Positions 9,349-19,520 of a stretch of DNA of 64,000 nucleotides are shown here, piece after piece. A model generated the notes under the pieces. The model was not told where the DNA came from and did no database searches. It saw only the letters and a program-made list of their open reading frames with translations. Position 1 is the stretch's first letter. Each line of letters begins with the position of its first letter. The position numbers and the translations under genes are program-made. Source of the stretch: Alphaproteobacteria bacterium. Its GTDB lineage: Bacteria > Pseudomonadota > Alphaproteobacteria > GCA-2731375. The DNA is taken from NCBI GenBank assembly GCA_016776605.1, contig JADHTB010000009.1, positions 31,453-95,452 of the forward strand. The letters run 5' to 3'.

Positions 9349-12300
9349 TGGTGCGCCTAAGCGATCTGCCGTCACTCTCCGTGCGGCGGCCCACCCTGGT
9401 CGTGGTGTTGAATCTGTTGATCATCGTGGCCGGACTGGGCGCCCTGTTGGGTGTGGAAGTCCGCGAACTACCGGACGTGGACCGGCCCTGGGTCAGTGTC
9501 CGCGCCTTTTTCCAGGGCGCCTCGCCGGAAACCATGGACGCCGAGGTCACGTCCGTTCTCGAAGGCGCGGTGGCCCGGGTTTCGGGCATCAGAACCATCA
9601 ACTCGGCCAGCGAAGAGGACAATGCCCGTATTTATGCCCAGTTCGCGCCCAACGTCGATCTGGACGTGGCCGCAAACGATGTGCGCGAGGCCGTCGCCGG
9701 GATCGAGCGGAGCCTGCCCGAAGGGGTGGAAGACATTGTCGTGGTCAAGGCGGACAGTGACGCCCGCCCCATAATCCGGCTGGCGCTCACCTCCGAGCGC
9801 CTCAGCCAGGAAGCTCTGACCCAAATTGCCGAGGAAGACGTGGCGCCCGAACTGGCCGCCATCACCGGCGTTGCCCTGGTTCATTTGTTCGGCGACCGGG
9901 CCAAGGTGCTGCGCGTGGTGGTCGATCCCATGCGCCTGGCCAGTTATCACCTATCGGTCGATGATGTCGCGCGGGTATTGCGCAGCACCGATATGGATGT
10001 GCCGGCGGGCAGTTTTAAATCCGACGATCAGATGCTGCTGGTCCGGGCCGACGCCTCGCTGTGGCGTCCGGAGGATGTGGAGCGCCTGGCAATCAACGAA
10101 AATGTCCGTCTGGGAGACGTCGCCCGCGCCATCTATGGCCCAGCGGAAGCCTTGAGCCACACCCTTTTGAACGGCCGCAAGGTAATCGGCATGGGCCTGA
10201 TCCGTAAGGCCAAATCCAACACCATTGCCATTTCCAACGGCGTGGACAAGGTCATTGCGCGCCTGAACAAGCGGTTGAAGGGCGCCGAAGTCATCAAAAT
10301 TTCCGACGATGCCCGTTTCATCCGCGGTTCCATCCGCGAGGTGGTCTATAGCCTTGGCATCGCCACATTGGTGGTGATCGCGGTGATCTTCGTCTTCATG
10401 GCTGCCATCCGCCCCACCTTGATCCCCGCCCTGGCCATACCCATTGCCCTGGCCGGCACCATCGCGGCGATCTGGCTGCTGGGCTTTTCCATCAATATTC
10501 TGACCCTGCTGGCCCTGGTGCTGGCGACCGGAATGATCGTCGATGACGCCATCGTGGTGGTGGAGAATGTTCAGCGCCAACGCTCCCTGGGTTTACCCCC
10601 TCTGGCGGCGGCGGTGGTCGGCACCCGGCAGGTGTTCTTCGCCGTGCTGGCGACCACGGCCACCCTTGTCTCGGTGTTTCTGCCCATCGCCTTTCTGCCC
10701 TCCATTGCGGGAAAGCTGTTTAGCGAATTCGGCTTTGTCCTGGCGATCGCCGTGGCCATATCCTCGTTCGTGGCGTTGACCCTGGTGCCCATGCTGGCCG
10801 CCCGGCTGCCGGCGGACTGGGGTGCGCCCAGGCCGGACGGCGTGGGCGGTCCCGGCCCCCTGGCCCGTCTGGGCGGCGTTGCAACCAGGTTTTACCACCG
10901 GCTGCTGGATTTTACCCTGGCCGCGCCGGCGCTGATCCTGGGCGGCGCCATCCTAATCGCGCTTTGCGCCGTGGCGGTGTTCCCCACCATTGACCGGGAA
11001 TTGCTGCCAAAAGAAGACCGGGGCGCCATAGTCATCTATATGCAGGGGCCCGACGGCGTGGGCCTGGACTATATGGACCGCCAATCGGCCCAGGCCGAAG
11101 CCCTGCTGGAGCCGCTGCGCCAACAGGGCGAGGTTAGCAATATTTTTGCCATCGTCGGGCGCTGGGACCTTAACCGGGTGTTTCTGCTGGCCCCCCTGAC
11201 GCCTTGGTCCGAGCGGGACCGTAGCCAGGCCGAAATCGCCGACGCCCTGCACGGCCCGTTAAAGGCCATTCCGGGCGCCACCGCACGGGTCAGCCAGCCC
11301 AACAGCCTGAACCTGCGGCGCTCCGGCGGGCGCATCGAGTTTACCCTGACAGGTGGCAACTATGGCGCCATCGCCGCTGCCGCGGATGACTTTCTGGTGG
11401 CCATGCATGAACGGCTGCCGAATTTGGAAGACCCGGAAATTGAGTATCAGCAGACCCAACCGCAGCTTTCCGTGAAAGTGAATCGGCAACGGGCCGAGGA
11501 TTTAGGCATTCAGGTGGAAGGTATCTCCGATACCCTGCGCGCCATGGTCGATGGCCTGGAGGTGGCGGAATTGAATGTAAATGACCGCTCCATCCCCGTG
11601 CGTATCGAATCCGCCGCCGGCGCCATCGACGACCCCAGCGATTTGAGCAACCTGTTCGTGCCATCGGCCACGGGTGATTTGGTGCCCCTGTCCGCCTTCA
11701 TCACCCTGGAGGAGGTGGGCGTGGCGGCGGAATTGGACCGGGCCGGGCAAAAACGCGCGATCGAGATCGACGCCCCCCTGGCGCCCGACTATACCCTGCC
11801 CCAGGCCATGGCCGACGTGCAGGCCCTGGCGGACGAGACCCTGCCGCCGGGTATCGGCCTGCATTTCATCCGCGAGGCCGCCACCCTGCAGGATACCTCC
11901 CAGGATGTGGTGATTACCTTTGCGGTGGCGATCCTTGTTGTCCTGCTGGTCCTGGCGGCGCAATTCGAAAGTGTTTTTTCCGCCCTGGTCATCGTGTTGA
12001 CCGTGCCGTTCGGTCTGGCGGCGGCGGTCTTCGCCCTGAAATTCACGGATTCGAGCCTGAATATCTACAGCCAGATCGGGCTGGTCATGCTGGTCGGCCT
12101 GATGGCCAAGAACGGTATCCTGGTGGTGGAGTTCGCCGATCAACTGCGCGACAAGGGCCTTTCCGTGCGCGAAGCGGTCCGCGAAGCCGCCCAGACCCGC
12201 CTGCGCCCCGTGATGATGACCATGCTGTCAACGGTTCTGGGCGCGCTGCCATTGATCCTGGGCAGCGGCCCCGGCGTCGAGGCCCGTGCCGCCATCGGCT

Positions 12301-12479
12301 GGGTGGTGTTCGGCGGCCTGGGCATGGCGACCGTCTTCACCCTGGTGTTGATCCCGGTCCTCTACAGCCTCCTCGCCCCCTTCCGCGCCCCCCGGGCTGA
12401 CGCCGGCCTGCGCCTGCACCGGGAACTAAGCGAAAGCGAAGAAGCCGCCGACATCACGTTAGGCAAAGCGGCGGAATAA
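9348..12479 (+). CDS. RND efflux permease (AcrB/AcrD/AcrF family)
   Basis: GMIVDDAIVVVEN, GLMAKNGILVVEFA, RLRPVMMT; start at ATG 9348, coupled to the adaptor stop. Confidence 0.95.
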   Translation: MVRLSDLPSLSVRRPTLVVVLNLLIIVAGLGALLGVEVRELPDVDRPWVSVRAFFQGASPETMDAEVTSVLEGAVARVSGIRTINSASEEDNARIYAQFAPNVDLDVAANDVREAVAGIERSLPEGVEDIVVVKADSDARPIIRLALTSERLSQEALTQIAEEDVAPELAAITGVALVHLFGDRAKVLRVVVDPMRLASYHLSVDDVARVLRSTDMDVPAGSFKSDDQMLLVRADASLWRPEDVERLAINENVRLGDVARAIYGPAEALSHTLLNGRKVIGMGLIRKAKSNTIAISNGVDKVIARLNKRLKGAEVIKISDDARFIRGSIREVVYSLGIATLVVIAVIFVFMAAIRPTLIPALAIPIALAGTIAAIWLLGFSINILTLLALVLATGMIVDDAIVVVENVQRQRSLGLPPLAAAVVGTRQVFFAVLATTATLVSVFLPIAFLPSIAGKLFSEFGFVLAIAVAISSFVALTLVPMLAARLPADWGAPRPDGVGGPGPLARLGGVATRFYHRLLDFTLAAPALILGGAILIALCAVAVFPTIDRELLPKEDRGAIVIYMQGPDGVGLDYMDRQSAQAEALLEPLRQQGEVSNIFAIVGRWDLNRVFLLAPLTPWSERDRSQAEIADALHGPLKAIPGATARVSQPNSLNLRRSGGRIEFTLTGGNYGAIAAAADDFLVAMHERLPNLEDPEIEYQQTQPQLSVKVNRQRAEDLGIQVEGISDTLRAMVDGLEVAELNVNDRSIPVRIESAAGAIDDPSDLSNLFVPSATGDLVPLSAFITLEEVGVAAELDRAGQKRAIEIDAPLAPDYTLPQAMADVQALADETLPPGIGLHFIREAATLQDTSQDVVITFAVAILVVLLVLAAQFESVFSALVIVLTVPFGLAAAVFALKFTDSSLNIYSQIGLVMLVGLMAKNGILVVEFADQLRDKGLSVREAVREAAQTRLRPVMMTMLSTVLGALPLILGSGPGVEARAAIGWVVFGGLGMATVFTLVLIPVLYSLLAPFRAPRADAGLRLHRELSESEEAADITLGKAAE

Positions 12480-12496
12480 TCTGCCGGGATTAACCG

Positions 12497-13642
12497 TTAG
12501 GGCCTAAAAATATACTCCGGGCCAAGTTCGGCCTGGGCGGGGCAGCCCATCTGGCCCATGACCAGATCAAATTCCTTGCGCAGAATTTCGAGCGCCTTGG
12601 CAGCCCCCGGGGTGGCGCCGGCGGTGACGCCATACAGGGTGGCCCGGCCGACAAAGACAAATTTGGCGCCCAGGCACAGGGCGGTGACGATGTCGGAGCC
12701 GCGTTGCACACCGCTGTCCAGCATCACGGTCATGCGGTCACCTACCGCCGCGACGATACTGGGCAGGACCTCTACGGCGCCGGGCGCCCGGTCCAGTTGC
12801 CGCGCGCCGTGATTGGAGACGACGATACCGTCGCAGCCTAGTTCGGCGGCACGCACCGCATCATCGGGGTGCATGATGCCCTTGATGACCAGGTTACGGG
12901 GCCACATGTCACGGTACCGCGCCACATTGTCCCAGGTCAGGGGCGCCGTGACTTGCGAGGAGACGAGGTCGGCGATATCGTTTGCACTGGCCCCCTTTCC
13001 GGCATAAGGCCGCCAGTTGGCAAGCACGGGCATGCCTTTCGCCAGGTACCCGGCCAGCCATCCGGGGTAACTCAACGCATCCAGCTTGGTGCTCCAACCC
13101 AATTTCAGGGGGCGCGTGAAGCCGTTGCGGAAATTACGCTCCCGGTTCGAGTGCACGGGCACGTCCACGGTCAACGCCAGGGTGGATAGCCCCGCGGCCT
13201 CGGCACGGTTGATCAGGTCGCCGGAAATGTTGTCGTCCCGGGCAGCGTAAAGCTGATACCAGCTATGCTCTGGCGCCACCTTGGCCAGATCCTCGACGGT
13301 GCAGGTGGCGGAGCCGGACATCACGAAGGGGACATTGGCGTCACGTGCGGCCTGGGCCAGCATCAGGTCCGCGCCGGGGCGGAACAGCCCGGCCAGCCCG
13401 GTGGGCGAGATGCCGAAGGGGCTGTCATAGGTGCGGCCGAACAATTCCGTCTTCTGATCGATGCCATCTATATTGCGCAAATAACGCGGTACCAGGGCGA
13501 TATCGCGAAAGGCCTGCTGGTTGCGGTCCAGGCCGATCTCGTCGTCGCAGCCGCCTTCAATAAAATCAAAGGCGATCTTGGGCAGGCGTTTTTTTGCCAG
13601 CCGGCGCAGGTCGTCGTAATTAATGGCATCATCGATACTCAT
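12497..13642 (-). CDS. FMN-dependent alpha-hydroxy acid oxidase/dehydrogenase (LldD/MdlB-like)
   Basis: WYQLY, LTVDVP, VSNHGARQLD, DSGVQRGSD. Confidence 0.92.
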   Translation of the reverse strand: MSIDDAINYDDLRRLAKKRLPKIAFDFIEGGCDDEIGLDRNQQAFRDIALVPRYLRNIDGIDQKTELFGRTYDSPFGISPTGLAGLFRPGADLMLAQAARDANVPFVMSGSATCTVEDLAKVAPEHSWYQLYAARDDNISGDLINRAEAAGLSTLALTVDVPVHSNRERNFRNGFTRPLKLGWSTKLDALSYPGWLAGYLAKGMPVLANWRPYAGKGASANDIADLVSSQVTAPLTWDNVARYRDMWPRNLVIKGIMHPDDAVRAAELGCDGIVVSNHGARQLDRAPGAVEVLPSIVAAVGDRMTVMLDSGVQRGSDIVTALCLGAKFVFVGRATLYGVTAGATPGAAKALEILRKEFDLVMGQMGCPAQAELGPEYIFRP

Positions 13643-13801
13643 GGTTTTCCCCTGAACGTTGGCCAAAATTTTTTGCATTGCATTTGTTGGCGGGTATTCT
13701 GGCCTGGAAGATGGTCCGCGCCAAGGGTCTGTTTACACCCAGCTTCACATAGCCGCCGCGATAGTGGACAATGACGCCCATAAAATAGGGGAGAAAACGA
13801 G

Positions 13802-14764
13802 ATGTCGCTGATATTGGGAGACGGTGATTACCGCTACCGGGTGGTGGAAGATTGGGCCAAGCTGCCCGATGGCTGGGAGTTCCGGGATGTTGCCGGCGTC
13901 GCCGTTGATAGCAAGGATCAGGTCTATATTTTCAACCGCGGCGAACATCCCATGATGGTGTTCGACCGAGAGGGCAACTTTCTGCGTGCCTGGGGCGAAG
14001 GGATCTTTAACCGCGCCCATGGCCTGCACGTCGGGCCCGACGATGCGCTTTATTGCACCGACGATGGCGATCACACCGTGCGCAAATGTACCACCGAGGG
14101 CAAGGTACTGCTGGAAATCGGCGTGCCGGGCAAACCCGCGCCTTACGTTAGTGGCGAGCCGTTTCACCGCTGCACACACACGGCCCTGTCGCCGGATAAT
14201 CATATTTTCGTTTCCGACGGCTATGGCAATGCCAGGGTGCACAAGTACACGCCGGACGGCAAACTGGTCATGTCGTGGGGCGAGCCGGGCAGCGACCCCG
14301 GCCAATTCAACATCGTCCACAATATCGTGGCGGACGATGACGGCTGGATCTATGTAGCGGATCGGGAGAATCACCGCGTCCAGGTATTCGACACAAACGG
14401 CAAATACGAGACCCAATGGAACAACCTGCACCGGCCCTGCGGCCTGTTCATGCCACGGGGCAAATGCCCCCATTGCTTCATTGGCGAACTGGGGCCCGGC
14501 ATGCCGGTCAACCGCCATATGCCCAATCTGGGCCCGCGCCTGAGTATCGTCAGCAACGAAGGCAAGTTGATCGCCCGTCTGGGTGGCAAGGAAGGCCTGG
14601 TCAACGAACCCGGCAAGTTCATGGCGCCGCACGGTCTGGCCGTGGATGGGCATGGCGATATTTATGTCGGCGAGGTCAGCTATACCAACTGGCCGGCCTC
14701 GTTCGGTGACAAACCCATGCCAAAGCTGCTGCACACATTGAAAAAACTGGAAAAGCTGCCTTAG
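13802..14764 (+). CDS. NHL-repeat beta-propeller protein (peptidyl-alpha-hydroxyglycine alpha-amidating lyase-like)
   Basis: VSDGYGNARVHKY, YVADRENHRVQVFD, PHGLAVD; GGGGAG RBS. Confidence 0.88.
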   Translation: MSLILGDGDYRYRVVEDWAKLPDGWEFRDVAGVAVDSKDQVYIFNRGEHPMMVFDREGNFLRAWGEGIFNRAHGLHVGPDDALYCTDDGDHTVRKCTTEGKVLLEIGVPGKPAPYVSGEPFHRCTHTALSPDNHIFVSDGYGNARVHKYTPDGKLVMSWGEPGSDPGQFNIVHNIVADDDGWIYVADRENHRVQVFDTNGKYETQWNNLHRPCGLFMPRGKCPHCFIGELGPGMPVNRHMPNLGPRLSIVSNEGKLIARLGGKEGLVNEPGKFMAPHGLAVDGHGDIYVGEVSYTNWPASFGDKPMPKLLHTLKKLEKLP

Positions 14765-14792
14765 CGAAGTTCACCGGATGTGAACTTCGCTA
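14762..14792. terminator. Perfect 13-bp inverted repeat between convergent genes (terminator or REP-like hairpin)
   Basis: TAGCGAAGTTCAC-CGGAT-GTGAACTTCGCTA, beginning at the TAG stop of the NHL gene; no long U tract. Confidence 0.6.
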
Positions 14793-14923
14793 TTGCGTTC
14801 AAGCGCCCAACATACCGCACCTGGGGCTGCGCGCCTCAATGGCGCTAGAGCGTTTCCGGGGTATTCTGGTCCTGGTCAATATTGGCTTGTGCAGCCAATA
14901 TTGACAGCGTCCGAATACGACTA

Positions 14924-15751
14924 TTACCCGGCGAACGGCTCGCGCGCATCGTACAGGCCGGCGGCCTGTTCCATGGTCATGAATTCCGCGCCCAGGTCCT
15001 GCAGCTTGCTGATGAATTTTTCCAGCATCAGCATGCGGTGACCGCGGCCAATGACGTAGGGGTGGCAGGTGTAGGTGATGACGCCCCAATCGCTACAGCG
15101 GGTCATATAGACGAAATCATCCACCCAGTTTTCCAGCACACTGTTGGCGTTGCGGTGGCCAGGCCGGGCGCCGGTCATTTCAAAATGGGGGTGGTCGTCC
15201 TGTGACCAGCTAATAGGCATTTCGATCAACCGGGTTTCCGCGCCAAAAATCATCGGCTTTTGCAATTCGATCACATCGCCCTGACGGGCCCGGTAGGGGG
15301 AATAGTCATGCCCCATCATCGAACTTTCATAATAGAAATCATGCCGCAACAGTAGTTCCAGGGTATGGGGACTTAAATCCCAGGCGGGAGAGCGATAGCC
15401 CCGCGCCCGTTTGCCGCACAAACGTTCAATGGTGTCGTTGGCGCGGATCATCTCGGATTCTTCCTGTTCCCGCTCCAACAGCGCCGGTTGCACATGGGTC
15501 CAGCCGTGATGGCCAATCTCGTGCCCCTGATCGGCAACCTGGGCGCAGGCGTCAGGATAGGTCTCGATCGTGAAACCGGGGATGAACCAGGTCGAGGCGA
15601 TATCGCGCGCCTGCAACAGAGACAAAATGCGGCCCGCGCCCACGATGCCAAACTCGCCACGGGAAATCGGCGTCGGCGTGGTCATGCCCCGGGCGATATG
15701 CCCCGACATGACGTCAAAATCGAACGTCAAACAAACAATATGCTGTGCCAT
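14924..15751 (-). CDS. Polysaccharide deacetylase family protein
   Basis: CLTFDFD, HEIGHHGWTH, GYRSPAW. Confidence 0.88.
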   Translation of the reverse strand: MAQHIVCLTFDFDVMSGHIARGMTTPTPISRGEFGIVGAGRILSLLQARDIASTWFIPGFTIETYPDACAQVADQGHEIGHHGWTHVQPALLEREQEESEMIRANDTIERLCGKRARGYRSPAWDLSPHTLELLLRHDFYYESSMMGHDYSPYRARQGDVIELQKPMIFGAETRLIEMPISWSQDDHPHFEMTGARPGHRNANSVLENWVDDFVYMTRCSDWGVITYTCHPYVIGRGHRMLMLEKFISKLQDLGAEFMTMEQAAGLYDAREPFAG

Positions 15752-15816
15752 GAACCCATTTACCTAATTTTCACAATAGCTTGCAAGGATTGTGCGATCA
15801 GATTGGAATTAACGCA

Positions 15817-18366
15817 ATGTACATTTCGGAACTATTTTCACGACACGGCCTATCTAGACACGACCTGTTTATGATGCTTGCCGTCGTGCCAGGCCTGTTG
15901 TTTGCCGAACCTGGAATGTTATCGGCCAAACCTGGACCGTTATCGCCGGATGGCCCCTTAACAGCCGAGGAACGAAGCGCCTTTGAAGCCATGCTGCCGG
16001 CTGCGACCAAAGGCATAAAGCTGCCCGCCATACCGTCGCGCAAGGCCATGACCCCACATTTAAGCAATGTGGGCACAGCCCTGGGCATGCCGTTCACCGA
16101 CCGCATGAAGGAGGGCTACGACGCCTTTATGAAAGGCGATACGGACCGTGCCCTGGCCTTGCTGGATGAGGGCATCAAGGATGCCTGGGGCGATCAAATG
16201 AGATTTCGCCTGTCGCTGATCCGGGCGGACTTGCTTGCCAGAACCGACCGTATCGCCGATGCCGAGATATTCATTCTGGACACGGCCCGGCTGGAACAGG
16301 AATTTTGGGACGATACATTTTTGAGCCGTGCCGTCAGGGGCGACATACGGGCCCGCCTGGGGGACCGGTTGGCGGCGGAGGCGGATCTGGCCCGCGTGGC
16401 CTTGGCCCAAAAGGACTGGCAACTGGCCACCGAGTACGATGAGGTACCGAATATCCTCAGTATCCTGATGAATACCGAGGCAAAATACAGGGCCGCCTTG
16501 GGCCTGGCATCCCTGTACATCCGCGACGGCCAATATGCCAAGGGGCTGGCCTGGGCGGTGGAGTTGGAGCAGCATTTCGTCCGCCTGTTTACCCTGGCGG
16601 ACAACGGGGAATACGGCGACATGGTGCCGTTGCTCCCGGAATTTTACATAGCCCGCGGCGAAAATTTGGCCTATCTGGGCGCCGGCACCCTGGCACTGAT
16701 GGACGCACCGGAACGCGCGGCACCCTATTTCGCCGCCGCCGAGGGCTTTTTCAAGGCCATGGGCTATACCCAGGGTCGGGCCGTAACCGCGGCTCTACGG
16801 GCAAGGGCCCTGTATGACACCGGCCGCAATGACGCTTTCGAGGCCGCCGCCGTGCCGGCCATCGCACTGGCCGTCGAAGCGGGCCTGGGCGAGCTGGTCT
16901 GGCGGCTGGAGGCACTACGGGGAGAGCGGCTTTACCTTGCCGGCAAAATTGATCAGGCCGAAGGGGCCCTGCGCCGGGCCCAAACCGCCGCGACCTTGGT
17001 TAGCGGCGCGCTTTCCAGCGATCAATCAAAGCTGCGCTTCGGCGTTGGCAAGGAGAAGCTCACCCAACTACTAGCCGCCATCGATCTGGAGCAGGCTGAA
17101 CACGGCAATCTGTTTCAAGACATGGAACAGGGCCGGGCCCGTGCCTTTATCGATATGCTGGCCAATCAGGCCATCGCGTCTGGCAGCGAAGCCACCTTAA
17201 TGTCCGAAATCAGGCGGCTGGAACGAGACATCCGGCGCCAACGCCTGGCCAATGCCGTGCCACGCGCGGCCGGCCATGGCGGGGTGGCGCGGGAACGCGG
17301 GCTGTTGCGGCAGCGCGGGGCCGCGGTTGCCAAACTGCGCCAGTCCAATTCGGAGCTGGCCGATGCATTGTCCGTGGCGACCATTGGCTTGGCCGAGGTT
17401 CAGGCCCAATTGGGCCCGGGCGAAACACTGGCCTATGCAGTGCCCACGGCGCCCGGCCTCACGCTAAGCTGGCTGCTGGTCGAGAAACAGGCTACGCGGG
17501 TTGTCAAAATGCATGCCACGCAGGCGGATCTGGCCAAACGGTTAGGGGCGTTTGCCGATGCGGTCGCCCAGGGCGCCGTGGGCGCCCAACAAGAGATCGC
17601 GGTGCAGCTGGCCGATCTATTGGGGATCGCGCAATGGCGGGCCCGCAAAGGCGTCTATGTGGTGCCGGTCGGCAATCTTTATTTTGTCCCATGGGGGGCC
17701 TTGGGTACGGATTATTTTGTTACTGTCCTGCCCATGGGCGGCTGGCTGAACCGGCCACCGGCGCCCAGCACCATGAGTGGCCCGGCCACTGTGTTGGGCG
17801 ATCCAAATTATTTTGGCCAACTGGCCCAACTGCCGGGCGCGCGGGTGGAAGCAACGACGATTGCCGGGTTTTACAGCGTCATGCCGTTATTGGGCGATGG
17901 CGCCACCGAGGCGGCCCTGCGCAAGGCTATCGGAACTGGTATCGGGGTATTGCATCTGGCCACCCATGGCAGTTTCGATGCCGATAATCCCCTGAATTCA
18001 GAGATCATATTGTCGGGCCAGGACAAGGTGCGGCGGCTAACGGCGGCACGCCTGTTCGAAGCGCCGCTGCGGGCCGGTCTGGTTGTCTTGTCGGCCTGCG
18101 AGACCGGCGTGGGCCGCGCCGTGGCGGGTGACGATTTTTTAGGCCTGACACGCAGTTTTTATCTAGGCGGCGCCCGCACTGTGCTCAATAGTTTATGGCC
18201 GGTGGAAGACAAGGGCACCCAGGCCTTCATGACCCGGTTTCACGCCTTGGCTCGAAACGGCGACTATGGCGCGGCCTGGCTGGGCGCCCGCGACCAGGTG
18301 AAACAACAAGGTTATGCCCCCTCCGTCTATGGCGCTTTCACCCTGGGCGGGGCTGCCCGGCGCTAG
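15817..18366 (+). CDS. TPR-like helical repeat + CHAT (caspase-like protease) domain protein; start uncertain (15817 or 15871)
   Basis: C-terminal LHLATHG and VVLSACETG catalytic His/Cys motifs, LPGARVEA, SLWPVED; Ala/Leu-rich helical N-terminal two thirds. Confidence 0.88.
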   Translation: MYISELFSRHGLSRHDLFMMLAVVPGLLFAEPGMLSAKPGPLSPDGPLTAEERSAFEAMLPAATKGIKLPAIPSRKAMTPHLSNVGTALGMPFTDRMKEGYDAFMKGDTDRALALLDEGIKDAWGDQMRFRLSLIRADLLARTDRIADAEIFILDTARLEQEFWDDTFLSRAVRGDIRARLGDRLAAEADLARVALAQKDWQLATEYDEVPNILSILMNTEAKYRAALGLASLYIRDGQYAKGLAWAVELEQHFVRLFTLADNGEYGDMVPLLPEFYIARGENLAYLGAGTLALMDAPERAAPYFAAAEGFFKAMGYTQGRAVTAALRARALYDTGRNDAFEAAAVPAIALAVEAGLGELVWRLEALRGERLYLAGKIDQAEGALRRAQTAATLVSGALSSDQSKLRFGVGKEKLTQLLAAIDLEQAEHGNLFQDMEQGRARAFIDMLANQAIASGSEATLMSEIRRLERDIRRQRLANAVPRAAGHGGVARERGLLRQRGAAVAKLRQSNSELADALSVATIGLAEVQAQLGPGETLAYAVPTAPGLTLSWLLVEKQATRVVKMHATQADLAKRLGAFADAVAQGAVGAQQEIAVQLADLLGIAQWRARKGVYVVPVGNLYFVPWGALGTDYFVTVLPMGGWLNRPPAPSTMSGPATVLGDPNYFGQLAQLPGARVEATTIAGFYSVMPLLGDGATEAALRKAIGTGIGVLHLATHGSFDADNPLNSEIILSGQDKVRRLTAARLFEAPLRAGLVVLSACETGVGRAVAGDDFLGLTRSFYLGGARTVLNSLWPVEDKGTQAFMTRFHALARNGDYGAAWLGARDQVKQQGYAPSVYGAFTLGGAARR

Positions 18367-18403
18367 ACCCGTTTCGATATTCATCGAACCAGGTCTAGCT
18401 TTA

Positions 18404-18480
18404 CGCGCTCACGCTTGTGCGCCAAAGCGCGCCGCTCCGCGGGGGCGGCGCAGGGGCGCCGGGCCGCCGTCACGGCCTGG
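18404..18480. repeat. GC-rich multi-hairpin intergenic element (REP-like)
   Basis: GCGCCGCTCC-GCG-GGGGCGGCGC (18429-18451) and CCGGGCCG-CCGTCA-CGGCCTGG (18459-18480); single copy in this window. Confidence 0.45.
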
Positions 18481-18584
18481 ATAGCGTATTTCAAAATCGA
18501 AAACGGTCTAACCTCTCATTCCTTGCCAATTCATCCCGGCACTGGGGTATAGTTGGGAAAACATGATCCAAGGATGAGGGAAAA

Positions 18585-19517
18585 ATGGAATTACGCAGCT
18601 TTGGCAAGACCGATTTAGAGGTTTCCGTGTTGGGATTCGGCGGCGCGCCCGTTGGCTTCCTGGAAACGGAACAGAACGAAGTCGCCGAGATTCTCAATAA
18701 TTTGCTGGATCAGGGTGTCAATCTGATCGATACGGCTGCCGGCTACGATGGTTCCGAGGAGATGATCGGCAAGACGATCAGCCATCGCCGGGACGAATTT
18801 ATTTTGGTGTCGAAATGCGGCCGGGCGATGGATGATCTTGCAGGCGAGGCATGGTCGGCGGCGGTGATCGAAAATACCGTTGAGCGCGCCCTGCGGCGAT
18901 TAAAGACCGATCATCTGGATGTGATGCTTTTGCATTCCTGTGATCTGGAAACCTTGCAAAAGGGCGAGGCCATTGCGGCGCTGGTCAAGGCGCGGGATGC
19001 CGGCAAGATCCGTTTTCTGGGCTATGCCGGGGACAACGAGGCGGCGGCCTATGCCACCGGGCTGGCTGACGTGGCGGTCATCGAAACCTCGATCAATATG
19101 TGTGATCAGGCCAACATCGACGATGTGCTGACCCTGTGCCAGCAGAATAACGTGGGTGTCATCTCCAAACGCTCCATCGCCAATGCCGCCTGGAAGGGCG
19201 CCGCGCAGCAAAGGGGTATGTACGTGAACTACGCCGAGACCTATGCACAGCGGCTGGCGCAAATGGCGATCACACCGGAAGACCTGGGCTTTCCCGGCGA
19301 GGCCGCGCAGGCCTGGCCCGAAATCGCCCTGCGCTTTACCCTGGCACAGCCGGGCTTGAGTACGGCGATTATCGGCACCACCAAAGCCAGCCATGTCACG
19401 ACCAATCTGGCCGCTGCCGCCAAAGGCCCGCTGCCGGCAAACAGCGTCAACGAACTGCGTGCGGCATTTCAACGGGCCGAGGCCGCCTCGGGTGAAAAAT
19501 GGCTGGGGCAGCAATAG
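18585..19517 (+). CDS. Aldo/keto reductase
   Basis: VSVLGFGG, IDTAAGYDGSEE, LRRLKTDHLD, GKIRFLG. Confidence 0.9.
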   Translation: MELRSFGKTDLEVSVLGFGGAPVGFLETEQNEVAEILNNLLDQGVNLIDTAAGYDGSEEMIGKTISHRRDEFILVSKCGRAMDDLAGEAWSAAVIENTVERALRRLKTDHLDVMLLHSCDLETLQKGEAIAALVKARDAGKIRFLGYAGDNEAAAYATGLADVAVIETSINMCDQANIDDVLTLCQQNNVGVISKRSIANAAWKGAAQQRGMYVNYAETYAQRLAQMAITPEDLGFPGEAAQAWPEIALRFTLAQPGLSTAIIGTTKASHVTTNLAAAAKGPLPANSVNELRAAFQRAEAASGEKWLGQQ

Positions 19518-19520
19518 ACC

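Noticed and set aside
15817..18366. CHAT protein as part of a type III-E CRISPR (Craspase) or other defence system
   Set aside because: No Cas7-11, array or defence-associated neighbours in the window
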